Shown here: piece by piece, positions 49,101 to 55,392 of the stretch
Position numbering within the stretch: position 1 is the first letter of the stretch
How the letters are laid out: every line of letters begins with the position of its first letter
Origin: a virus
DNA: 64,000 bases
Virus record (IMG/VR): IMGVR_UViG_3300042309_002320
Coordinates: 37,116-101,115 of that record
Direction: 5' to 3' (one strand)
Translations under genes and position numbers: made by a program
Notes under the pieces: generated by a model
The model's input: the letters and a program-made list of their open reading frames with translations, nothing else
What the model was told of the DNA's origin: nothing
Databases searched by the model: none

Positions 49101-52100
49101 AATCTGCTAATCCTCCCAGAGCAAACTTTTGTCTACTTATTCCAGCACCTCCCAATAGGTCATCCAGAGTACTATCCAAAATTCCCCTTAAATTTTCATC
49201 TAATAATGGTAATTTTTGTACTAGTGTTGTTAAAAATTCTTCTTTGCCATTATCTTCATATTTATCTATAACATCTTGACTTATTTTACCTCTTAATAAA
49301 ACATCATTAACTCTAGGATTAAGCGGCTTAAAGGCTTTGGCATTTGTGGTGGAGTTAGTTGCTGCCCAAGTTTTTCTTAATTCTGGAATATATTCTGGAT
49401 CACTATTAACATATTTTGCAAATGACTCTTTGGCTGATCCCATCATCAAGCTACTTAGTCCACTAAGTTTATAACTTCTTCCATAAGCAACATCAGCACT
49501 ATTATATCCAGTATTTCCAACCAGAGCATCAAAAGCATCGGCCACATCATCATTATTTCCACTAAATAAACTAGCAACTTTTGCCTTGTATGCTTCAAAT
49601 GATTGAGCATTTTTAGTTCTAAGACTATTAAAAAGTTGATGAGTTAATTCATGATATAAAATACTATAATCTTGACGTTGCCTTGTATTAAAAGGATTAG
49701 TCGCTATGCCAACGCTACCACGACCACTCTGTTTTGCAGATTGTAATCTAGATTCTTTTGCAGCTTTAATGGCTGCATTATTTTTATCAATAAGAGATCT
49801 TTGTTGTTTTTGTAGATCGTTTAATTCTACTCTTAGTTTTTCTGCTAGAGCTACATCATAACCAAAACTACCATCTTCATATGTTGTAACAGAAGTTTTG
49901 ATTGTTTTTAATATTTGTTTCTTTTTTTCTTCTATTAGTTTAGTATATCCAAATAAATCTTGTTTATCTTGTTCAGTATAACCATATGGTGTTAAATCTA
50001 CTCCTTGTAATCCTCTGGTTCCTGGACCAGAAGGATCCTTGTTAAATAATGCTGTAGCAGGATAATTAACACCAAAATCTAACTGAGTTGGTATAGCAGA
50101 CAAAAAGTCTGTCTGTGGTAATCCTATGACTCGTGCAAATTGTCCCATTCTTTCAAAAACTGTATTTCTACTTATTTTATCCTTAAACGAATTTATGAAT
50201 AGTTCTCTACTAAAAGGAGATTCGTATCCTTTTTGTACAGCCTCTTCGTCTACAATCATTCTTTCATTACCAGGATACGTTGAAAAAACCTTCTCCATTT
50301 GTTCTTGTTCTAATAATTTTTCCATTTCCCGAACATAAGCATTACTTATTCTTTTAGGGAATTTGAATGTTCCAGAACCAAAGGTCGCTGTTCCTCCTTT
50401 AGCAAAGGCTTGTGGATTTTCTGTAAAGTATCTACTAAATTCTTCTCTGGCTTTTGAAAAACTATCTCCGTCCAAAGTTCTTTTTACTTCTGTTTCAATA
50501 TTCGGAGGTAATCCAAAAAGTTGAGCTCCTCTGCCTAGTCCCTGTGGAAAATCTATTGCTCTATTTCTTTGTAAAGCATCAACATTTATATTATAACCCA
50601 ATAATTGCGATAGTGCCGCTTCTAACATACCTCCTTCAATATTAGATTGTCCAAATTTTTCTTCTGCTGGTCCTTTAAGTTCTGGAACTTCACCATAACG
50701 AAAAGTACTTTTACCAGCAGCCATTGTTGCTCTAATATTTTCTTCACTATCATCGATTAATTTTTCAGCTCTTGCAACATTAGCAGCTTTAGCTTTTGCT
50801 ATATTTGTTCCTAATCCTTGACTAACTCCAGTAACATCTTGTTCTAAATATGGTAATCCAAATCTATTAAGAGTTGAGGCTATAATATCCGCTGTGCTTT
50901 GAGGACGAGCCGTTAAGATACGACTAAACATCCTAACGTATCCAGGATTTTTTTGTTCTATACTGGCCAATCTTTTAGCTAGTGAGGTTGGTCTAGCTTG
51001 GGCCAGACTCTCCATAACTTTTTTTCTATCCGAGTAGGCTGGTAAATCTTCTTTACCATTTTTATCTAGCATTTTTGTTCCAAGAGCTAGTGTTTCATCA
51101 AAATCTATTGCTAATGGTTGAATTGGTCCTCGAATATTTCTATTACCTAATCCGCCTAATGCTGCTGTATCCTGAATATCTTCGGCAAATTTTTGACGAG
51201 TAGCTCTATTAGCCTCTTGCATAGCTTCTATTTGTGGTAAAAAGCTAGATTGAAATCCTCTAACATAACCATAAATTTCTCTACCATCCTCCAACTTCCA
51301 GTCCGAAAAATCTTTGTTATAATCTAATGGAAATAATCCGGCAATTGCAACTTTTCTCATGGCTGCTTCTTTTGCTTCTCTAGCAGCATCTTGTTTTCCT
51401 GTCTTAGCTAACGCCCTATTTATAAATTTAATAGCTTGTGCTATATTTTTACCAGCTTTAATATTACCAGCATTTAGTATAGCTCCGATCTCTCTTTCTC
51501 CGGATCCTAATCCTAGTATTTTTTTAACTCCGCTAGCATTTCCAAAACTGGATAATTGTTCTAAAATTACAGTTTCAATAGATTTTTTTTCTTTAGCAGC
51601 TATGCCCTCTACTGTTCCGCCAACGACAAATTTTTGAATTTTTCCACCGAGATTTCGTTCTATAGCATAAACAACGGCTGTATTGTCTGGGGTGTATGTT
51701 TCATCAAAATTTGGTTCTAGTCCAGATCTATACTTTAATTCCGCGGCCGTAATATCTTTACCAGTTTCTTTCTTTGTAAGCCCAAATTGTTTCTTTAATC
51801 TACCAGACAACTTAGGGATATCAGGAAATTTCTGATCCGGCGCTTCGATACCATAATTTTGTCCAACATAATTCTCGAACATGTATCCTCTTATAGCTCC
51901 CTTGCCACTATCGTTAATTTTCAAATCATCAATATTTTTATATGAAATTTGTTGTTTTGATAGCTGTTCTTCTGCTCCAGGTAGTTGCTTCTTTATATAT
52001 CCTCCAGCAACATATTTATTCATCCTTACCAAATTGCCTCTTCCATACTTATTAACAGCTCTATTACTCATTACCACTTCACCAGGTTCTAACAATGCTG

Positions 52101-54111
52101 GAACTTTGTCTCCTTTTCCACTACCGGGAACACTGCCTCCTTTAGAAAAACCCAAAATACGACCACCACCACTAGCAGTAGTTGGTCCGCCGCCTCCGAA
52201 ATCTTTTCTATCTAAAGTAGCATCTAAATTAACTAAAGCAGCATAAACATTTTCTAGAGAACTACTATTACTAGATAAAGCATTAGTATTATTTAATAAC
52301 GCAGAATTATATGATGCTAAGGTGCTATTAATAGATACTAAGTTGGTATTCAATGCAGTTATAGCTGGTGTTAAGGCATTAATAGAAGACATTGAAGATA
52401 CCAAAGAATCTATTTTACCAGAAAGCTTATCTAGAGCGGCGCTATTTTGATCCAAATCTCTACTAACTTGTTCTGTTTTAGCTCCAACTAAACTACTACC
52501 CAAATTACTGCCTATAGATCTTGCTATTCCGGGTTGTTCTTCTCCCTCTTGTCCTTTTGGTACTTTCTTTAATCCTCCTATAAAACCACCAGTAAATTGA
52601 GTAGCACTTCTTATACCGGCACCAGCTCCTAAGATTGCTAAAACCGGTAAAACTCCTTTAAGAGCACCACTAATTTTAATTAATCCACTAACTAAACCAA
52701 GAGCGCCTTTTGCTAATGTTTGAAATGTATCACTCTGTCCTAAGCTACGAATTAATGTTAAAAATTCTTCTCTTACTTTTACAATTTGATTAGCCAAACT
52801 TAATTGTGCTTTAGCAGCATCTGCTGCTAAACTTCCTTGACCAGCTTGTGCTACTTTAAGTGCTTCTTGAGCAGTGGCGAACTGTTGAATCAAAGGAATA
52901 ACCTTTCCGATCTGTCGAAATCCACCAAGCTCTTCAACAATTTGACTAAATCTTATATCTCTTGGATCAATTCTGTTGAGTCCTTCACTTAATAATTGTA
53001 CAGCTTTATATGCTCCAACAAATTTACCCTCAACATCTGTTAAGCTTACTCCATATTCTCTTAGTGCTTCGATTGTTCCTTGTCTTTGAATACGAGTAAA
53101 AATAGTTCTTAATCCAGTAGCAATAGTTTCGGCACTTTCACGAGTTGTAGCACGAACACTAGTAAATACAGCAATAAATTCATTTAAAGCGTCTGTGCCT
53201 TCGCTAACTCCTTTGCTGGCATTTGCAAACACACCACCGGTACGCTGTATAGCAGCAATAATATCGCTACTTTCCACAGCAAAAGCAGCAGCCACAGCAT
53301 TAACAGACCCGAGAGCTTTTTCTAGTTCTTTAGCGCTTATACCAAACTGTCTCATTAATGCAATAGATCCTTCTACGGTTTGATTTATATCATCAAAACT
53401 AGGAGCTAAACTACTACGAGCCAGCGCCTCTAATGCTGATCGTGTCTCAGTAGCGCTCAAACCAGCTTGTGCTAAAGTACTAGAAACCTTAATTAAACTA
53501 TCAGAACTAACACCTAATCCAATAGATAATCTACTTATTTCATCCTGCAATCCTTTTAATCCTTCGGCGCTTTTACCAGTAACTTGTTGTAATCTTACCA
53601 GCTCTCTATCAAATTCGATAAAACTTTTTAAACCGCTATTAATAGCTCTGTTGAGACTAAAAAATACTCCAGTAACAGCACTAAATGCCGCAAAACGACG
53701 AACAGCAAGAGCGCTTTGACGACCAAACTCTTCCATTTCTGTACGAGCAACGCCGACGCTTTTGGCGCTTTTTGACGCTGAAACTCCTAAATTATCTGCT
53801 CCTTTTGCTGCTTTACTAAGATTATTGGATAGTTTTGTTGAGGAATTTCCAACATTAGATACACTTTGACCAAAATTTCTAATAGCATTAGAAGCTGCTG
53901 TTGCATTAGACGCTACATTTGCTAAATTAGTATTTAAATCTTGTAAAGACTTATTTAGTTTTGATGCATTATTAATAGCAGCTGGATCAATTTTTATATT
54001 AACATCACCAGTAATAGTTCCCAACTGTTTCTTAATATCAGAAACTATTTGTCTAACATTAGACGGTCCCCTCAAATTTAACTGAGCAGTTAAGTTAAAA
54101 GCTTGAGCCAT
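40165..54111 (-). CDS. Tail tape-measure protein (4648 aa) carrying multiple enzyme-like cassettes
   Basis: TP901-like TMP core (FDRELVRLQQVTG...LAQAGL...TRESAETIATGLRTIF); Ala/Gly hydrophobic helices; GTDTVPAMLTPGEFV modules; position after tube and chaperones. Confidence 0.9.
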   Translation of the reverse strand: MAQAFNLTAQLNLRGPSNVRQIVSDIKKQLGTITGDVNIKIDPAAINNASKLNKSLQDLNTNLANVASNATAASNAIRNFGQSVSNVGNSSTKLSNNLSKAAKGADNLGVSASKSAKSVGVARTEMEEFGRQSALAVRRFAAFSAVTGVFFSLNRAINSGLKSFIEFDRELVRLQQVTGKSAEGLKGLQDEISRLSIGLGVSSDSLIKVSSTLAQAGLSATETRSALEALARSSLAPSFDDINQTVEGSIALMRQFGISAKELEKALGSVNAVAAAFAVESSDIIAAIQRTGGVFANASKGVSEGTDALNEFIAVFTSVRATTRESAETIATGLRTIFTRIQRQGTIEALREYGVSLTDVEGKFVGAYKAVQLLSEGLNRIDPRDIRFSQIVEELGGFRQIGKVIPLIQQFATAQEALKVAQAGQGSLAADAAKAQLSLANQIVKVREEFLTLIRSLGQSDTFQTLAKGALGLVSGLIKISGALKGVLPVLAILGAGAGIRSATQFTGGFIGGLKKVPKGQEGEEQPGIARSIGSNLGSSLVGAKTEQVSRDLDQNSAALDKLSGKIDSLVSSMSSINALTPAITALNTNLVSINSTLASYNSALLNNTNALSSNSSSLENVYAALVNLDATLDRKDFGGGGPTTASGGGRILGFSKGGSVPGSGKGDKVPALLEPGEVVMSNRAVNKYGRGNLVRMNKYVAGGYIKKQLPGAEEQLSKQQISYKNIDDLKINDSGKGAIRGYMFENYVGQNYGIEAPDQKFPDIPKLSGRLKKQFGLTKKETGKDITAAELKYRSGLEPNFDETYTPDNTAVVYAIERNLGGKIQKFVVGGTVEGIAAKEKKSIETVILEQLSSFGNASGVKKILGLGSGEREIGAILNAGNIKAGKNIAQAIKFINRALAKTGKQDAAREAKEAAMRKVAIAGLFPLDYNKDFSDWKLEDGREIYGYVRGFQSSFLPQIEAMQEANRATRQKFAEDIQDTAALGGLGNRNIRGPIQPLAIDFDETLALGTKMLDKNGKEDLPAYSDRKKVMESLAQARPTSLAKRLASIEQKNPGYVRMFSRILTARPQSTADIIASTLNRFGLPYLEQDVTGVSQGLGTNIAKAKAANVARAEKLIDDSEENIRATMAAGKSTFRYGEVPELKGPAEEKFGQSNIEGGMLEAALSQLLGYNINVDALQRNRAIDFPQGLGRGAQLFGLPPNIETEVKRTLDGDSFSKAREEFSRYFTENPQAFAKGGTATFGSGTFKFPKRISNAYVREMEKLLEQEQMEKVFSTYPGNERMIVDEEAVQKGYESPFSRELFINSFKDKISRNTVFERMGQFARVIGLPQTDFLSAIPTQLDFGVNYPATALFNKDPSGPGTRGLQGVDLTPYGYTEQDKQDLFGYTKLIEEKKKQILKTIKTSVTTYEDGSFGYDVALAEKLRVELNDLQKQQRSLIDKNNAAIKAAKESRLQSAKQSGRGSVGIATNPFNTRQRQDYSILYHELTHQLFNSLRTKNAQSFEAYKAKVASLFSGNNDDVADAFDALVGNTGYNSADVAYGRSYKLSGLSSLMMGSAKESFAKYVNSDPEYIPELRKTWAATNSTTNAKAFKPLNPRVNDVLLRGKISQDVIDKYEDNGKEEFLTTLVQKLPLLDENLRGILDSTLDDLLGGAGISRQKFALGGLADSTEAMSGLMQGLYGNRSQQTNKKEKDFGKISVTEDGNMLSVGYLKNESRSGYVQAMKYKDNLWYVGLSKATKGYGPRLYDVAMEAVSEKGDMLTSDRSMVSADAQKVWAYYFKNRGDVKKTPLEPENWTKNQALIDPKLYGRRETWPPATDPAWILQSGYSKSPTLLNDPEQVKRNNNKAQKPVDSRSMALSYFQRADGGPIDRFADGGSVPALVSNGEAYVPPKLAKRIGYGTLSRMNQADKNGMGRFSDGGISIFNGPGSGTSDSIPTNLPVGSFIIREKATKALGLNKGGGIGIRKFKDGGELSKEAQKAIEKIEAELVGIYRTAATKLGFQGGLGGEGPKDVGGGRQLYERQRKVYYAANPAQSSEELLKRYSTEGPVGSVAKELISKASPEEIGRIEREEIAAYGGDYKTKGGAIDARLTGRSSGSPEELAKRYEEKLAVAASELEQIRKLEAQLIEIRKTGAVQAIESEKSLSSSRAQSAPGSSSAAPTQFVPPSVPPSSVSAAPPPVPTRPIPPPVPPRPVSAVSPPVPTRPIPPPVPPRPAPPPVPPRPVSAGSFSGTQDDTDLVASRAKAKGISFDQEVAQMRKALIDSAKELMNPAEKQNTLRILALENKTRLETINQRKKADLDAIKSEYQSQKAKILNDASLSKTEKQTKLKELSDSSKKKGTDVKDKANTEVQSIQDSLIAQIKEINPALASKELASIATEITSGFSKGLNLNDIISSSTKLQQVFHGTMTSAEAQKIASEKLAEQLGITTAAAESLASAGLIEASKGYDDNIKSLNKMSSYMTKGAVGVTAFTSALSSAIKMFGGENDRGSVVAAAGIESFGSTFGTGLAALSQLPGTVDSTIKSLSSMGGSVGNLASSIGPQIIKFMSNPFVAAGAVIGVAAIGIAAALKDAHNAAREFDKALAAKNVENAMEKVSNAFEDFSKDITRLDLLDNIRQELSIAGTNVAEGIRIDAEVPKAMWVNLFDALGGGSEAAQRSMILEKQGIGAYIASTDTFGGGEKTRNFYMQKMAPDMAKEQSAAYKPVADATLRLFEEKLRTGTSMQDVMGELKDATGAPTQLAKNIAQSNPVIQEQILRIRASNNLSDQQKAAMERNVIAQEAEYRARINLEASLRSMEIDKLNREMKKFIVSLERMFNNMDQSIEKTSFELDNMGRSAELSAAALSGNAKSGEIAIKSLNVLRNLDAYSPREGKEAVSQAAGFFGSQSDIVSPLLGLGNKLEKTVLSTVNREIEKNPEATNERIAAGIRSSLDKNLRDLGLPSNLTDKLSNQVNKAFAEISKSGTDAKDVSFDEIVEQVPAFADAIGSARRAEETAIKALEFYQKNLNDYSNAMNQMVDYQIEANSRFRRASDIQTQGLLKLNEAFGKSTSLFQQQQIANEQTRSLTGGPTNPAAIGQNILNLENTRSQIQGMSDTAANRGPAGRDEFMLMQNRLRNVNVSLRENYEALKQMADSTEMAEAAMNKIQEVQAKRQAGMNLLEKVVTSDPGEVAKLNNSIARLSNNMAGRTNLSTSEQRGEDLQTFNMIAPLLGEGQKQNELRANVLESMLKESGQGVNPLFAQVLDSLRNPEEDPEMQEAIAYYKSSLAQQSQANMMLGQIQQLMAQNTAEIAAEKLAHSIQGVKLNFENQVLDEMRNGIWKLVELANNGKPAPGMRLGGVVYASEGQQINFQSKGTDTVPAMLTPGEFVVNKSATKNNLSLLKTINSGNYNKGGRVSYYADGGLVVDKKWKARGMDFLGADYASRNQQDLITSGTYPALDKNISDYVKPNTGIGSAITSNPIYEFPNSYYAISEKSGPLGEFAGVRGGSNNKPGLELGTLNARRGIGYDGVSIQMADIGVTDAVFGSNLSFPKIIPSTTQNAGISVKSVGRLPDSSYLSNTVLDGDKISLLPIRQLDFDTVKKNYQNILQTYNDKYKFKNIKEILNNIQKSKAPNFQSSVKVRSVGNDYILEGLSYEDTTNPGLLTKDPSILGAAGGSGLGNILSFRQSALSGMTQVVAGIDNFRSIGSFRGGGAGGLKQYAQTASDWHIPYNDVESQLSYLNTDIVKNDTIYNAIENAIDNMKKEKDFVESQSSLNIKKYLADLEALYNRNTFRASFNLGQPFDKGGIEFPITLYNIPKDQWKNILQQNDIIKNGAYKNIDDANKFALSENDFIEISQKDRITGAAKNPRKLPWISNAFNTIQGAREEIFSGSQTAFGIGGKDGLVKLITTTPSVYDTAPFNFTYDQINGKLYDTISKAFVGDPLNYIIVKPQDPKSKFPLAELLSTNNKSLYADSIDVLLGNLKNNTPIYDVLTGQETAPPGEPFKYNLNGENIGLIDSSLFTDIPDTYKMSLQDSEKASVITSTNGRKNIIPVENFFAENYKKKREEDIKNARTLIAKTKAATVQREKVTSDEAKFSEPIRLSIARAIQPVLSQNLADGTGIKISATPPDKISQVGMIAGKLAQEATNINDVTSPRRAIIDAWRSLYVDLYKPANPAQSAEYLKNLGIPVDRKLYGDPVTVNQGGLDKTLYFRKTPPITQETVLTAINREIALIRSKAFAGGDVDIGVSDQITDLAEGAILHDVDPKTGLKSGTNPKGKQPEYAGATTWQDVHKMALTPENLFSGPKTRLNIIDILKEYYTKATDKKGRKLYDTSFIDALNQLREWYNVQDSLLYKGLSVDKIENNIKSLRTDAVRATDIDNLQKKATEAHLLLTGNIYGALPTSSRLITLLEARIKEKEEEIKEEAKQAGLPEGISMKLAKGGPVPLYASGGSFVNFAPKGTDTVPAMLTPGEFVINRQSTQKYKPVLEAINSGNYARGGIVNYLNKGGYIPQYKFLGGMMGNAQSFDFTKYLNGLVGSITSSITEAFDKALSNLKQPNNAAGGVSNTSGDIASIDNFVNRLNNIANILSNIYIPPQITITGKHDVVVTINGDTVLNQLRPDIAGIVVSAIKGAFRDLKAKNPENNTINFNIDIDPRSLT
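47421..47610. repeat. Imperfect Pro-rich direct repeats (PPPVPPRP)
   Basis: TGGCCTTGGAGGAACCGGTGGCGGA at 47431, 47458 and 47521. Confidence 0.9.
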
Positions 54112-54129
54112 AAGCTAATTTCCTGAATA

Positions 54130-54172
54130 ATAAAAATATTCCCCGCTTAGAGTATGATCTAAACGGGGAATA
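54130..54172 (-). terminator. Hairpin + U-tract (intrinsic terminator or attenuator) upstream of the TMP gene
   Basis: - strand RNA reads UAUUCCCCGUUUAGA-UCAUAC-UCUAAGCGGGGAAUA-UUUUUAUU. The 15-bp stem includes one G-U pair that forms only on this strand. Confidence 0.75.
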
Positions 54173-54183
54173 ATATAACCCAA

Positions 54184-54200
54184 TATTATATACACTATTT
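54184..54200 (-). promoter_or_regulatory. Putative late-promoter motif variant (AGTGTA)
   Basis: - strand reads AAATAGTGTATATAATA. Confidence 0.45.
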
Positions 54201-54202
54201 TA

Positions 54203-55111
54203 CTAAGTTGTTGACACTGTTTGTTCAGTTGAGGCGGAAAGTTGGGGTTGTTCTTGTTCAACAGCCTCTTCTGCTTTAACTGATGGTTCAACTTTGTCAT
54301 TTTTGGGTTGTTCCTCATCTAATACTATTGGATTTCCATTTTCATCTAGGAAGGGTTGACTATCAACAAGGTATTCTCCATCTTTGTCTACTTTATTACC
54401 AAATTTATCAACAAAGTTACCTTCTTCGTCAATAAATCGGCCACTCTCGTCTATTAGCCTGCCTTCTCTATCTATTAATCTGCCCTTTTTATCTACTAAT
54501 CTTAGTTTATCATCAATAAATTTAAATTTCTTTAAAAATTTATTTTCTGGTAAATTACTTTCATAATCATTATCTAATCCATACAGCATATTAGCCAAAT
54601 TTTGAGCACCCATAATAGCAACCTTTTCGGTTGAACTATTTAGGTACTCTTCCATATTTTTATATACTGGTTGTTTAGTATCATTATACACCAAACAAAC
54701 ACTTACTAAATAATTAAATCTACTATTGTCAGCTTGGCCTTCGGCGCTATGATTATCCAAACTTGTTCGTACACTAATAAGATCTCTTATTTCATCACGA
54801 ATACTTTTCATCTTAATAGCTAAATCCTTAGCCTCGTTCAAACTAAAACCGCCTTTTGCTAATCTTTTTTCTCCTTCTAATAATTCTCTTTGAAGTTCTG
54901 TAAACTTAGCTTGCTTTTCGTCATTCCATAAGCCCTGATCCTCTAGTAAATCATCAAGCTTGGCTCGTACCACACTTTTGCTTTTAATAGCATCGGTAAA
55001 AGCTTGGTTATAAACCTTTTGTGCTTCTCTTTGATTATCTAGTGTGGGGCTACGAACCAAATATTCTTTTTCGACACCGTCAACTTCTACTTTAAAGGTT
55101 TTGGTCTTCAT
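54203..55111 (-). CDS. Tail assembly chaperone-like protein with C-terminal 7-aa DxxG repeats
   Basis: Immediately upstream of the TMP; helical; contains LVDKKGRLIDREGRLIDESGRFIDEEGNFVDKFGNKVDKDG. Confidence 0.55.
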   Translation of the reverse strand: MKTKTFKVEVDGVEKEYLVRSPTLDNQREAQKVYNQAFTDAIKSKSVVRAKLDDLLEDQGLWNDEKQAKFTELQRELLEGEKRLAKGGFSLNEAKDLAIKMKSIRDEIRDLISVRTSLDNHSAEGQADNSRFNYLVSVCLVYNDTKQPVYKNMEEYLNSSTEKVAIMGAQNLANMLYGLDNDYESNLPENKFLKKFKFIDDKLRLVDKKGRLIDREGRLIDESGRFIDEEGNFVDKFGNKVDKDGEYLVDSQPFLDENGNPIVLDEEQPKNDKVEPSVKAEEAVEQEQPQLSASTEQTVSTT

Positions 55112-55389
55112 GCATCCTTCTCCTGTCTAAGGTTAAATTTATAGGTATATTTATTATTTACTTTATTTTGTGATAAGAATTTTTTTATATCATCTATTGC
55201 GGATCTTGCTTGTTTATTACCATTATTTAATATACTATTTCTAGTATATTCCCAAGTATCCCAAACAGGATTATTATCTGGTTCATTTTCCCAAATATGT
55301 CCGAAGCTATCTTCGAATCGTGCTAACGCACCAATCATTGTTGTTTGAAATCTTTTATATATATTATCTAGTAATTCTTGTTCGCTCAT
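55108..55389 (-). CDS. Hypothetical protein in the tail chaperone region
   Basis: 93-aa ORF with an AGGA SD, coupled to the next gene by an ATGA overlap. Confidence 0.6.
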   Translation of the reverse strand: MSEQELLDNIYKRFQTTMIGALARFEDSFGHIWENEPDNNPVWDTWEYTRNSILNNGNKQARSAIDDIKKFLSQNKVNNKYTYKFNLRQEKDA

Positions 55390-55392
55390 ATA

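Noticed and set aside
40165-54111. Inteins explaining the TMP size
   Set aside because: No C/S-start...HN-C/S/T splice motifs or LAGLIDADG blocks seen; insert borders are xxxGG motifs instead.
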